Below are positions 52,101 through 59,971 of a stretch of DNA of 64,000 nt, piece after piece. Origin of the DNA: a virus. Within the stretch, counting starts at the first letter, position 1, and each line of letters begins with the position of its first letter. A program made the translations under genes and the position numbers. The notes beneath the pieces are model-generated. The model had not been told where the DNA came from. It made no database searches and worked only from the letters and a program-made list of their open reading frames with translations. Where the stretch lies: the IMG/VR virus record IMGVR_UViG_3300028388_006015, positions 11,148 through 75,147 of that record. The stretch is one strand, 5' to 3'.

Positions 52101-53382
52101 CTCCTAAATCTGGAATATAAACAGCAAAATTTGTTTGACCGTCGATTATACGTAAACTATCTCCGTCAATTTCAAAACTGTAATTATAACCACTACTATC
52201 AATTCCTCCACCACCTGCAAATACTCTCCATGCTTGATCAATAAACATACCAATAGTATCTTGTGCGGCTGTTATAAAGAAATCTTGCTCTCTTGGTGCA
52301 AGTGTATTGGTATCAACAACCTCATCAAGAATAAAAAAGTCATTATCGCACACATTGTAGTATCTGCCACTGCTAATTATATACAATCGCAATTCTGCAG
52401 TTGATGAACGAATTGTGTCAGGACCGGCTAATGTAAAAAAACTACATCCTTGACGTAAAATGTCTGTACTGTCTGGTGATGTGATTCTAAATGGCGTTCC
52501 TAATTCTGTACTTGAACCTCGCACGTAAATAATTTTGCCATCATAACTTGTATCGGGAAGTGTTGGAAAGATAATATCAACAGGAGAGCCTGTAAATGCA
52601 CCGCCATATATAGATATGATGTCGCTCGTGTCAAGAACCTCAATTGGCAATGTGTAAGAGTCGCCAAACGTTAGTCTTTTATGGAACACACGATTATCTC
52701 TAATGTATGGAATCAAAGAAGCAAAAAGGATACCGCCTTGATCTTCAAGATACAAAGTGTCATTTTGCACATACATATCGTAGTTCGTTCCAGATGTATC
52801 CGTTCCAATGCCATCTTGAATATCAGGTATGTAAATAGCTAAATTCGTCTGACCGTCTGTTATGCGTAAACTGTCTCCATCCACTTCAAACGAAACGTTA
52901 TAACCTGAAGTGTCTGCACCACTAAATTCAAAACGATCAATCAACCACGCACGATGAGTTTCTAAACATGCCGACATTGAAACAGGCAAACCTGGAATAT
53001 CAGGAGGAAGTGTGAAATTATCAGTTGCACGATATAACGCAGCATGACCTCTTCTTGGTGCGCGATTAGCAACATAACCACCAACAGTATCACTAACAAC
53101 ATTTACAGTAGTTGCTGCACCTGAAGATGTGATTGTCTTTATTCGATATAAATCGCACTTGATATCCATTATGCGATCGTCCACTTCAATATCTCTCCAC
53201 GTAAATCCTGTAACTGAAACAGTGGGATCGCGAAATGTGAACTTAATAGTAAATGTGCTATCATCTACTACTGTTGGAGTTTCGAGAATGTATGCTAAAC
53301 CACTCACATCGCGCAATGATGTTTGTGCAAAGCTCGATGTGAGTAGTGATATGAATAATAAAATACTTGCTACTCGCTTCAT
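46159..53382 (-). CDS. giant (~2407 aa) signal-peptide-bearing fibre/adhesin
   Basis: MKRVASILLFISLLTSSFA-Q; ~19 DTSG[YS]N repeats; tail-fibre motif GATSSTAGQRGLVP; beta-helix-type start ILFVAENGNN..PWK; C1q-like segment; collagen GEQGPAGPAGSPGADG; WEGAW CBM-like; fibre-type C-terminus. Confidence 0.8.
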   Translation of the reverse strand: MKRVASILLFISLLTSSFAQTSLRDVSGLAYILETPTVVDDSTFTIKFTFRDPTVSVTGFTWRDIEVDDRIMDIKCDLYRIKTITSSGAATTVNVVSDTVGGYVANRAPRRGHAALYRATDNFTLPPDIPGLPVSMSACLETHRAWLIDRFEFSGADTSGYNVSFEVDGDSLRITDGQTNLAIYIPDIQDGIGTDTSGTNYDMYVQNDTLYLEDQGGILFASLIPYIRDNRVFHKRLTFGDSYTLPIEVLDTSDIISIYGGAFTGSPVDIIFPTLPDTSYDGKIIYVRGSSTELGTPFRITSPDSTDILRQGCSFFTLAGPDTIRSSTAELRLYIISSGRYYNVCDNDFFILDEVVDTNTLAPREQDFFITAAQDTIGMFIDQAWRVFAGGGGIDSSGYNYSFEIDGDSLRIIDGQTNFAVYIPDLGVDEQDLSYDAATGLMSITNGVGDTVNVMVGATSSTAGQRGLVPQPQIGQDTMVLFGDGMFKPLSAATVDGDDWGNQVAETGYGISGDGTLGDPLVADTATLNDIYIDNTDTSGYNVSFVIDGDSLRITDGQTSLAVYIPDLQDGVGTDTSGSNYSILLNGTDLETTDQNGTIITDMSSLVGTDSSGSNYSLIIQNDSLKLADQNGTLIVDLSAYLDNTDTSGYNTSFVIDGDSLRLTDGNTNFAVYIPDLQDGIGTDTSGSNYSLILNGTDLELLDQNGTLTADLASLQDGIGTDTSGSNYNFYISNDSLYIQDQNGSFAVILSPYLDNTDTQDLSIDSTGTTIIISLVDGGQVQFEDSVDDADADPTNEYNTSLTLNGTDLELVDGGGTLIQDLASLVGTDTSGSNYSLVIENDSLKIVDQSGLLVVDLSAYLDNTDDQGLTYNGLGDLDIENGTDVDLSDLLDNTDTSGYNISFEIDGDSLRVVDGSTNLAVYIPDLQDGIGVDTSGSNYTLTLNGTQLELTDQNGTLIQDLASLQDGVGVDTSGSNYSIVLNGTDLEVTDQDGTIIVDLLSLVGTDTSGSNYSFVLENDTLKLTDQLGELFVIVADSNGIFDIRNDGNSLPAVMNVNVPEDYWLQFDLNTDAGLSERAIRVVTPYSSDDAVNYYLEGHSPLDSFAIYNFDGGVVIDEISGDLRLDVDSGHEIQLETVKVTSEGVIVPTNASTVARDLWPTLPSVVYDGAFFWNTDLDLFNYWDGTAWQVFPIENTDTSGYNISFEIDGDSLRIIDGSTNLAIYIPDLQDGIGLDTSGSNYSLVLNGTVLELTDQDGTLTEDLASLQDGIGLDTSGSNYNLIIENDTLKITDQDGTLEADLASYLDNTDTSGYNIDMYVDNDTLYLVDGNDTLSTFVGEENYGDILFVAENGNNATAEKGNYLRPWKDPWAAAAAADSSDQIQVLPGRYIATTLTYTGEYPDYDIIKNSATSNNLITAPDLQYYLFEGAEIINASTSPLWYDNNGYGITVLGRGKITIRNDGEIAYMNSTTGKSLIFEAKEIVDTFLTNTTSVPLFELEQGVIANITIDKISTDNFVCQWDGTTGFENTQFNIQRLNQYRQGGFYFLTDTCINQSHEINIGYWNIIDQDFSIFQVTGSHRWENTSLRWNVGNMISDRVSNLTTNGGFDSHVNEYGLFAFDWGTGADTLRNSAIEVNIDQYFGNSPLMQTGYFPNAYCENLFIRYEGEFTYNLDYTGAIDDPLFAPRSFTPPTGATFELRGVFRSVDEATLISSRLNDVTLIGEFTTVGSKPVLQILDPAGGTYTLLDAHLFNDGSVPEVSATTAKTVYVRGAWVPDSTDSDVTFIFYDTPTGGGSPDTSGYNISFEVDGDSLRLVDGESNLAVPIEDLQSDSGGGDDDWRFEGDSTYLSAVYRLGRASIGTADSSYQFFVDGDFAIHPDAGSNLTRFKWEDGDSTLSYSSLFLEAPSSTGGSSFISGSNHLTIGSSDASIFDREKLGAILFGGYESSTFYPMSFIESSAVGNWNGSSRSSDLNFWTTNGLTTQNVMTLQSDGRVELDKYETFNDGVPESLLGFRSSDDDMERHPIAGSAVAGAYLGINDGLDSLKWITPETTIPSSFSFMGAFTTTTSNIASSGTFLSWDTPYETDDSVYTVSGEEITLLDTALYQISFQVAGNGAISRNELTASLHLDEGSGYSSIISTNDYVTRDGNQDDGAVTLTYTQTFNGGDKLKLYAISIEDSGVFNVSDTATYINIMKIEALQGEQGPAGPAGSPGADGDITWEGAWSAGTYLINQAVENDGSAWVCTAASTTEEPGPLASDWDLMASKGDVGGVEDDAYGSGWDGDTANAPSQNAVYDYLEKLTNKLLTGNITGSTITLDMEGYYNASYYITNTGNNDCTLTINNEVTLAGTAPVYNFHFSGMSADTDITFPSEFNSLDGTDLGTITIATEAMVTCYGNSGVYKCLTTIE
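47900..52920 (-). repeat. coding repeats (~35-38 aa units, ~19 copies)
   Basis: Two alternating unit types: DTSGYNxSFxIDGDSLRxxDGxTNxAxYIPDLQDG and DTSGSNYSLxLNGTxLELxDQxGTLxxDL. Confidence 0.85.
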
Positions 53383-53384
53383 TA

Positions 53385-54173
53385 TTAAATATTGCCGACA
53401 ACTATGCTCCAATTGTCATAGTCATCTACGTTTCTGAATTTGATGTCAATGCGATATACATCAACACCACCATCATCATAATTCTCATAATGAATGACGT
53501 CGCGTCTCGGAGTTGGTGGTGCAGTGTCGCCGTCAGTATATGGCAAAGCATCAGTGGGAGGATTGGTATCGTTGTTGTCTCGTTGCCAAAAATCGGCCTG
53601 TGGAAACACTGGACGTTCAACATTACCTTGAGCGGCTATTGGTTTTCCCCAATCGCAATCACGAACAAGAATGCGCAGTACAAAATCAGTTGCAGCGATT
53701 TCTGTTGTTGTGTGATGTATTGTTGCGCCATGTAATGCAACGTCAGAAGGAATCGTTAACGTACCGACATTACCAGACAGATTATATGTGATTCCTATTC
53801 CGTGAGAAGAGATATCTGCCTGATTAGAAATGTATCTACTAACACCTCCTCCAGAAGCAGGCGTTATAAATACAACTGGACTAGTCCATGCACTTCCATC
53901 ATAAAACGACAAACCATCATTTCCTAGGCCGTCTGCATCTGCAAGTACTGAAATGCTACCTTGAGGTGGATCGACTTCTGCATCACGAGCAGCAATATCT
54001 GCATGTTCGTACACTTCGTTGGTTGCATCGGAACTTACAGATGCTCCAAAATATGTACTTAGCGTACTCAGCTCAATCCCACGAATTACGTACGAATCAA
54101 GCTGAGTATACAATTTCATCGACCCCAATAGCTGACCAATCGAAAGTGTTGGTTGATCTTTTGGATATGGCAT
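53385..54173 (-). CDS. hypothetical protein, probably virion-associated
   Basis: 262 aa, acidic and beta-rich; no signal peptide; immediately upstream of the giant gene. Confidence 0.55.
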   Translation of the reverse strand: MPYPKDQPTLSIGQLLGSMKLYTQLDSYVIRGIELSTLSTYFGASVSSDATNEVYEHADIAARDAEVDPPQGSISVLADADGLGNDGLSFYDGSAWTSPVVFITPASGGGVSRYISNQADISSHGIGITYNLSGNVGTLTIPSDVALHGATIHHTTTEIAATDFVLRILVRDCDWGKPIAAQGNVERPVFPQADFWQRDNNDTNPPTDALPYTDGDTAPPTPRRDVIHYENYDDGGVDVYRIDIKFRNVDDYDNWSIVVGNI

Positions 54174-54183
54174 GTTTAGTTAT

Positions 54184-54765
54184 TTACAATGCGTAAGTAA
54201 TAGAAAACTGGGGCGCTGCAACATTATTTTTACCTGTAGCTGCGCTTGTAGCCACTCCTTCATCGACATCAACAGTAACCTCACCATCTCCAGCAGGTGT
54301 GATGTCTGCAGTGAATTCAATATTGTCTGAAGTAGCAAGGTTACCAGCACTACCATTTCCAACAGTGATATCTCCTACAACAAAGCCACTGACCTCTTCA
54401 GAGAATGTGATTGTGACTTCAAATGGAGAAGTGCTGGTTGGATCGTCTTCTGCAGTTGTAATCGCAACTGTAACACCAGTGGTTTGCTCATCAACAAGAT
54501 CGGACGTTGTTTCTCCATCAATGACGTAACCAACATCATACGACTCATCGACCATAAAATAATTGGCGATCTCACTAAGAGTCACCTCGAATCCTTCTTG
54601 AAATGGCATTGTTTCGAGATCATCGGCAAATTTATCGTTGACAGTAATTTGATGAATGGAGATCTCTTTTCCATTTCCACCTGTTTTAAAGCCCTCGATT
54701 TCAACACGAAGTTGAGATGCACCAGAACCTTTACTTGTTACGATTGATACTCTATTGGAATTCAT
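54184..54765 (-). CDS. Ig-like (Big-type) domain protein, possible capsid decoration
   Basis: C-terminal PFEVTITFSEEVSGF..DITVGNG..FTADITPAGDGEVTVDV..N.A. Confidence 0.75.
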   Translation of the reverse strand: MNSNRVSIVTSKGSGASQLRVEIEGFKTGGNGKEISIHQITVNDKFADDLETMPFQEGFEVTLSEIANYFMVDESYDVGYVIDGETTSDLVDEQTTGVTVAITTAEDDPTSTSPFEVTITFSEEVSGFVVGDITVGNGSAGNLATSDNIEFTADITPAGDGEVTVDVDEGVATSAATGKNNVAAPQFSITYAL

Positions 54766-54796
54766 GTGTGAAAAGTTTTTATCTTTTGATTAAAAA

Positions 54797-55900
54797 TTAC
54801 ATGTCTTTAACAAGCTTACCTCCCATTAATTGCCATGTTTCGTTAGGAATCTGTTCACGCAAATGCGTGTCGAGACTGCTACTTGCATAATTCATCGCAC
54901 CTTCTAGATCTTTTTCTAAAATGTATTCTCTCAATGTGCGCAATTTCATTGCATCATTTTTGCTAATAACGTTATCTCTTAGCCCTTGAGCAATCGCTAC
55001 ACTCATATTATTGTAATGTTCGCGCCATTGCTTTTTTGAAGGACCTTTTTTATCTGCGCTCTTTGCTTTTGTATCTTCTTGCTGCTTATCTTTTGATTGA
55101 GCTTGATCTTCCTTCGACTGTTCTTTTTGTTTTTTACCAACTGCATGATCACCTAACCAATCTTCATAATCATCGTGGACCTGTTTAACACGATCAGGAG
55201 GTAATTTGTCTAAAAGATCACTAATTCCTTTATGATGTCTATCCATTGCCTCTTGTGAAGACTTGGAATATCCTTCGTGAGCAGTATATTTTTGCCCTTT
55301 TCCTGTTATTTCTACAAGATCGTTGTATTCTTCTGCCAATGCTCCATGTAAATCGGCCATTTCTCCAGTTCCTGCCCAACTTTTTCCGTCGTGACCTTGC
55401 TTTTCTTGATTAATATAAGATCGTATCGACTCGTGATAATCAGACAACTTTTTATTACCCTGCTTATTATCCTTTGAGCCTTTACTGCTCTTCTGATCTT
55501 TGTTCGCCTTAGACTTTTTACTCGCATCGTCTTTACTAGATACACTTCCTCCTTTTGCGTACGGCTTCCATCCTTGAGCAGTTTTAATTACTTTTTTGCC
55601 GCCATGAGTCGAAATGGTTCCTATTGGCTTACCTCTTTCGGCTTTTTCCAACACGTCACTACCGCTCAAAAAAAAATTAAGTGCTTTTTCAATATCCTGC
55701 TCGTCGTTCTCATTTTCCTGCTCATCCTCGTCTTCATCTTCGCCTTTAAGTAGGCCCTGATCAACACGCCTCTCGATCTCAGCAGCAAAAATCTCTTTCC
55801 ATGGACTATTTATGGGAAGAGCTGCATATGCATTATCGAGTTGGCTTAATGAGTATTCAGATAAATCTTGACGTTGTTCTTGTGATTTTGCAGTATCCAT
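54797..55900 (-). CDS. putative internal head protein with shared tag
   Basis: IEKA..LEKA followed by GKPIGTISTHGGKKVIKTAQGWKPY. Confidence 0.6.
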   Translation of the reverse strand: MDTAKSQEQRQDLSEYSLSQLDNAYAALPINSPWKEIFAAEIERRVDQGLLKGEDEDEDEQENENDEQDIEKALNFFLSGSDVLEKAERGKPIGTISTHGGKKVIKTAQGWKPYAKGGSVSSKDDASKKSKANKDQKSSKGSKDNKQGNKKLSDYHESIRSYINQEKQGHDGKSWAGTGEMADLHGALAEEYNDLVEITGKGQKYTAHEGYSKSSQEAMDRHHKGISDLLDKLPPDRVKQVHDDYEDWLGDHAVGKKQKEQSKEDQAQSKDKQQEDTKAKSADKKGPSKKQWREHYNNMSVAIAQGLRDNVISKNDAMKLRTLREYILEKDLEGAMNYASSSLDTHLREQIPNETWQLMGGKLVKDM

Positions 55901-55901
55901 G

Positions 55902-56093
55902 TTACTTGTTTTTAACTTCAATCAAACGACCTCCATGATATTCTCGAAGTTTAACAAAAGTATCGTCCTCGAGAGCTTGTTTGGCAGCTAATTCAAGACG
56001 CTGTTCTCCATACATGCCAACATATTGAAGTAGATTGACCTTATGTTTTTTATTGTAAAGCTCAATATATGAAATTTGCGGTTGATTATTCAT
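55902..56093 (-). CDS. small hypothetical protein
   Basis: Probable start MNNQPQ at 56093, overlapping the upstream stop. Confidence 0.5.
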   Translation of the reverse strand: MNNQPQISYIELYNKKHKVNLLQYVGMYGEQRLELAAKQALEDDTFVKLREYHGGRLIEVKNK

Positions 56094-56892
56094 CGTCAAA
56101 GTATTTGGTAATGTCATTATACATATTAGGAAATACACTCTTAAACACTTCCCATTTCAAAATACGCGCAGTAAAGCAATGAGTAAAGATTTCTGCATAT
56201 TTTGCACCAGGCCTACTCCAATATTCTTTTGCATGACCTACACCATAATTCCCTTTAGTTAATGCTGCAAAAGTATCACATATAGCACCAAATTCTGACG
56301 AGATCTTGTTTGACGCATTTGGTCCCATAATAGCAACCTTTGCATCGCGCCAATGACGATAAACCTCTTCAGGTGGGGAACTTGCTAAGCCTTTAAGTGC
56401 ACTTTTACTTTTACTGTTAACGCGATACTGAAAATCCGCATAACCCTTACGAACAGCCTCTTTTACTTCTGGGTCGAAATCTTTATATCGACCGTGAATA
56501 ACATTGCTTGTATGATGAAGTGCATGTCCAAGTTCGTGAACAAATACTCGAAAGTCATCAAACTTATCTTCAAGAACTATCTGTTGATCAATTGGACTGT
56601 AATGAGCTTGAATAACATTAGCTTCTTGATTAAGAGTTTTTCTTACAGTAACTCCCTTTTCCGCACAATAATGAATGGCATGCATTAACTTATCTGCACT
56701 TTCCTTATCCAGACGACCAATCTCTCTATTCCATCGCTGCTCTACATATTCGGTAAGATCCATAACGACCGATGGAACTTGATTGTTGTCCTCGTCAAGT
56801 ATTTTCTCAACGACATATTTCCATCCATCAACGGTCTTTTTGACCTTTTTGCCGCCATGTGTGCGAATCGTACCTATTGGGAAGCGTTTCAT
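56086..56892 (-). CDS. zincin metallopeptidase-domain protein with shared N-terminal tag
   Basis: PIGTIRTHGGKKVKKTVDGW at N-terminus; FVHELGHALH; GHAKEYW..AEIF. Confidence 0.7.
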   Translation of the reverse strand: MKRFPIGTIRTHGGKKVKKTVDGWKYVVEKILDEDNNQVPSVVMDLTEYVEQRWNREIGRLDKESADKLMHAIHYCAEKGVTVRKTLNQEANVIQAHYSPIDQQIVLEDKFDDFRVFVHELGHALHHTSNVIHGRYKDFDPEVKEAVRKGYADFQYRVNSKSKSALKGLASSPPEEVYRHWRDAKVAIMGPNASNKISSEFGAICDTFAALTKGNYGVGHAKEYWSRPGAKYAEIFTHCFTARILKWEVFKSVFPNMYNDITKYFDDE

Positions 56893-56895
56893 TGA

Positions 56896-59301
56896 TTAAC
56901 TTTGCAGTGTTACCATTGCAATCTTCTTCCAGTCACGTCCTGTACCTTTCATTTGCTGCTGAATCTTGATCATATTACCAAGTGTACGTGCATTCAGCTT
57001 ACCTTCACGAATCTTATGGGCATTTTCTTCAATGAATGATACTGCTTCGTTACGTTCTTGTTCTGTTGTCATCAATTCCTTGCCATCTGCATCCTCAATT
57101 GGCATCTTATGAACAATCTGCTTCAGACGCTCAACTGTTTCGTCAACTGTCATTGACAAGTCACATGCGAGAGCACGACTATCAACGAGTGGCTGTGGCA
57201 TATCTTGAGGTGCAAGGTTGGAGATGAAAATAACACGACCTGTAAATGCAAAACGCTTAGGCACTATTGCAACACCTTTTGCATTTTCATGACCTTCTTT
57301 GGATGTTTTAATATCTCGACCACTGTCGTATACTACTGTTCCATCACCACTTGTATCAAGTGCTCCTTTAAAAATGTTAACACTAGTCTCGTCTTGTAGT
57401 ACACTGTCACAATCATCAAATACGATTGTTTTGCCATTGTGCTCGTACAGTGCTTTAAACATCGCGGTAGGAGTAGATTTGCCTGTGATCTTGACAAAAT
57501 CGTATTCTTCAGGTTGATTAACATCGTGCCCTTGATCGTACGGATTGAATTCTACGCGATTGTGACGCTTCATCACCTGCTTTAACGTGTAAGTGTTGTG
57601 CGTTACTGTATACCCTTCTGTTAAATATAGTGACTCAACATCTGAGACAGTAATACAAGTACATTCACCATCTTGTACTTGAGTAATATCGACAATGGCT
57701 TGTCCTCTAACATTCTTACGACGTTTTTTTGACTGCCATATATCTGCCTTTCTTGATAATCGAAATGGACAGTATTCAGGTGGCATTTGAAAGTTAATAG
57801 CCCAAGCATCGCCACTTGTACGCTTTTGCTTAGTAAGAGTAGCTTTGCGACCAAATGACTTAACTATCTCGTGAAAATCTTTAGCAAGAGTATCGCTAAC
57901 AGTGTAATATATGCACACACCATTCTTGCCGATAGTACCATCTGTATCCATCATTCCTTGAATTAACGCATGACGTTGCTGAATACTACCGTAACGATAT
58001 TGTTCAGGAATAAACTTTGTGTGACTGTCTTTGTTCGCCAGACCAAATGATTGTAATGCTTTTGATAGATGAACTCGATCTTCACCAAGAATACGATAGC
58101 TGTTGCTATTTTTAGATGAAAGATTGAGATGACCAAACGCCTTATGAAATTCACTATCATCCTCGTCGCCAACACTAATCAATAATGCATGATTGTCGAT
58201 TCGAGTTAGACATCCATCTCCCAAGAAATAGCCTAATAGATAAGGGTCTATTTCTTGATCTTTTTCAGTGTGCTGAGCAGGTTGTGCGTATGGAATGAGA
58301 TATCGCCACTCTGGCCAAATCTTATTGCCATTTTTAGTTGTCCCCTCTTCTCGCAGTCGTAATTTACGCTCCATTAATTGTTCTGTGGTCAGAACTCTCC
58401 AGCGACCTCCGTGCTTACGCTTTTTTGTATCTTTGCAAAACCACGATGTTTTGTCCCACACCTTCCATAAGTGATCTCGACCAGCAGGTAATATAGTACC
58501 ATCCATCAATTTGATTTCAAACACCTCTTTTGTGCCTTGAGGGTGAACTTGAAGTACGACAGTCTCCTCGCCGTTTGCATTTAAAACCTTATCTCCAGCT
58601 TTAACTTCTCCGTGAGTAGTAAATCCATTTGGAGTATAGATTTTTGATGAGTTCAACATCTCTTTACCAACTCCACCCGTACCAAATGCAATAACTGACT
58701 TAGAAAGTCCAGTGGCACACATATCAAGAAATACATCATATGCATCCCAACGCTGTTCTACGTCAATTTGAGGAGCAGCCTGATCAATAATTTTTGGATC
58801 AACACTACGTTTTGGGGTAGGTGCTACTTTCGTTCCAATACCAAATTCCTTGGAGATCTGATGAACGCGAGAATAATTTGCTCCCGTTAAAGAAGCGATC
58901 TGCTTTTTGTCTGTCATTCCTAACTTAAACAACCCGCGAATCTTGGCACTTTGATTTGTGTTTGCATTGATAATGCTGTCAATTTTATCTTCAACGGAAA
59001 CACTCTTTTTGTGCTTAACTGGTTTTTGCTCGTCAGTTTTGACATACACTGTTCTGCGATGACCTCTCTTATCAACAATTTGCTTACGTTGTAGCTTAGC
59101 AATGTCTTTCTTGGCTTTTTCAAGTACATCTTCATCAATTGCTCCCTCATTAAAAGATTTCTGTATCGCATTAATATACGTAGCAATATCCTTTTCAAGC
59201 CAAATGTGAGAGTAGCTTTTTTTAAGTTGTTCTAGAGTCGGCAGATCATTCTCTACGAACATTGATTTGTTTATATTGATGTTGAGCGTCGTAAATTCCA
59301 T
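56896..59301 (-). CDS. HTH + AAA-type P-loop ATPase containing an intein
   Basis: Walker A GTGGVGK|T split by the intein; GKSTP..LY, IVFDDCD Walker B, KGALD, FTGRVIFISN, SRA. Confidence 0.85.
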   Translation of the reverse strand: MEFTTLNININKSMFVENDLPTLEQLKKSYSHIWLEKDIATYINAIQKSFNEGAIDEDVLEKAKKDIAKLQRKQIVDKRGHRRTVYVKTDEQKPVKHKKSVSVEDKIDSIINANTNQSAKIRGLFKLGMTDKKQIASLTGANYSRVHQISKEFGIGTKVAPTPKRSVDPKIIDQAAPQIDVEQRWDAYDVFLDMCATGLSKSVIAFGTGGVGKEMLNSSKIYTPNGFTTHGEVKAGDKVLNANGEETVVLQVHPQGTKEVFEIKLMDGTILPAGRDHLWKVWDKTSWFCKDTKKRKHGGRWRVLTTEQLMERKLRLREEGTTKNGNKIWPEWRYLIPYAQPAQHTEKDQEIDPYLLGYFLGDGCLTRIDNHALLISVGDEDDSEFHKAFGHLNLSSKNSNSYRILGEDRVHLSKALQSFGLANKDSHTKFIPEQYRYGSIQQRHALIQGMMDTDGTIGKNGVCIYYTVSDTLAKDFHEIVKSFGRKATLTKQKRTSGDAWAINFQMPPEYCPFRLSRKADIWQSKKRRKNVRGQAIVDITQVQDGECTCITVSDVESLYLTEGYTVTHNTYTLKQVMKRHNRVEFNPYDQGHDVNQPEEYDFVKITGKSTPTAMFKALYEHNGKTIVFDDCDSVLQDETSVNIFKGALDTSGDGTVVYDSGRDIKTSKEGHENAKGVAIVPKRFAFTGRVIFISNLAPQDMPQPLVDSRALACDLSMTVDETVERLKQIVHKMPIEDADGKELMTTEQERNEAVSFIEENAHKIREGKLNARTLGNMIKIQQQMKGTGRDWKKIAMVTLQS
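57595..58662 (-). mobile_element. class 3 intein (356 aa) with LAGLIDADG homing endonuclease
   Basis: Starts EMLNSSKIYTPNG; block B DHLW; LLGYFLGDG and QGMMDTDG; block F CTCITV; ends VTHN before Thr+1. Confidence 0.88.
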
Positions 59302-59360
59302 ATGTGTAAGTTTTCGGTAAAAATAACAAACTTTTCAACGCAATAAAACAGGGATACAAT

Positions 59361-59392
59361 AAAAAAAGAGTAGCCCCTGTAAGGAACTACTC
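59361..59392 (-). terminator. intrinsic terminator
   Basis: Minus strand GAGTAGTTCCT..AGGGGCTACTC followed by T7. Confidence 0.7.
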
Positions 59393-59421
59393 ACTCATCT
59401 GTGTCTAAGAAAAGTTCGCGA

Positions 59422-59928
59422 TTACTTGGCGGTCATCTTCTTCTTGGAAGAAGCGCTCTTACGCGTGGTCTTTTTCTTAGGTGATGCGGCCTTGACGGCC
59501 TCAGCCACTGCATCGTTGTCGACAGGCGTAACCTCATCGGCCGCGCGTACCTTCATGCGGAGTTTGTACGTGGTGATTGTACTGTGGACAAAACTGTAGT
59601 GTGCTCCGATTGCACGGGCAATGTCTGCAATTTTCACTCCACAATCGTACAGGGCGCGCATTTTGGCGGACTTGGAGAGGGACGTATCTTCGATGATCGC
59701 AGTTTGCTCTTTAGTTGGCACAAACTCTTTTTCGACAGACGTTTCGCGCAGTTTCGCGATCACATCATCCAGGAGGTGGCTTTTCTTTTTGTTCACCATC
59801 TCAGTAACGTCAACACCGTCTTCTTGAGTGCTGTACTCTGTTTGTGTGGGAATACCCATTTCGGTTGCGAGGGTGCGGAGATCGGCTACTTTGAGTTTGC
59901 GTACTTCAGTGATTGTGATGTTTTTCAT
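59422..59928 (-). CDS. HeH + HTH + basic-tail DNA-binding protein (paralog of 1653-2483)
   Basis: LKVADLRTLATEMGI..KKKSHLL; SKSAKMRALYDCGVKIADIARAIGAHYSFVH; K-rich end. Confidence 0.7.
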   Translation of the reverse strand: MKNITITEVRKLKVADLRTLATEMGIPTQTEYSTQEDGVDVTEMVNKKKSHLLDDVIAKLRETSVEKEFVPTKEQTAIIEDTSLSKSAKMRALYDCGVKIADIARAIGAHYSFVHSTITTYKLRMKVRAADEVTPVDNDAVAEAVKAASPKKKTTRKSASSKKKMTAK

Positions 59929-59971
59929 CTTCTTGTTGTTTAGTTGTTAAAAATGTTGTTGTTTAATTCCT

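Noticed and set aside
47900-52920. CRISPR array or DGR template/variable repeats
   Set aside because: Repeats are in-frame, degenerate at synonymous positions, with no constant repeat-spacer structure; no reverse transcriptase or cas gene in the window
53367-54747. Cluster of short plus-strand and alternate-frame ORFs
   Set aside because: They overlap well-supported minus-strand genes and have no coherent composition
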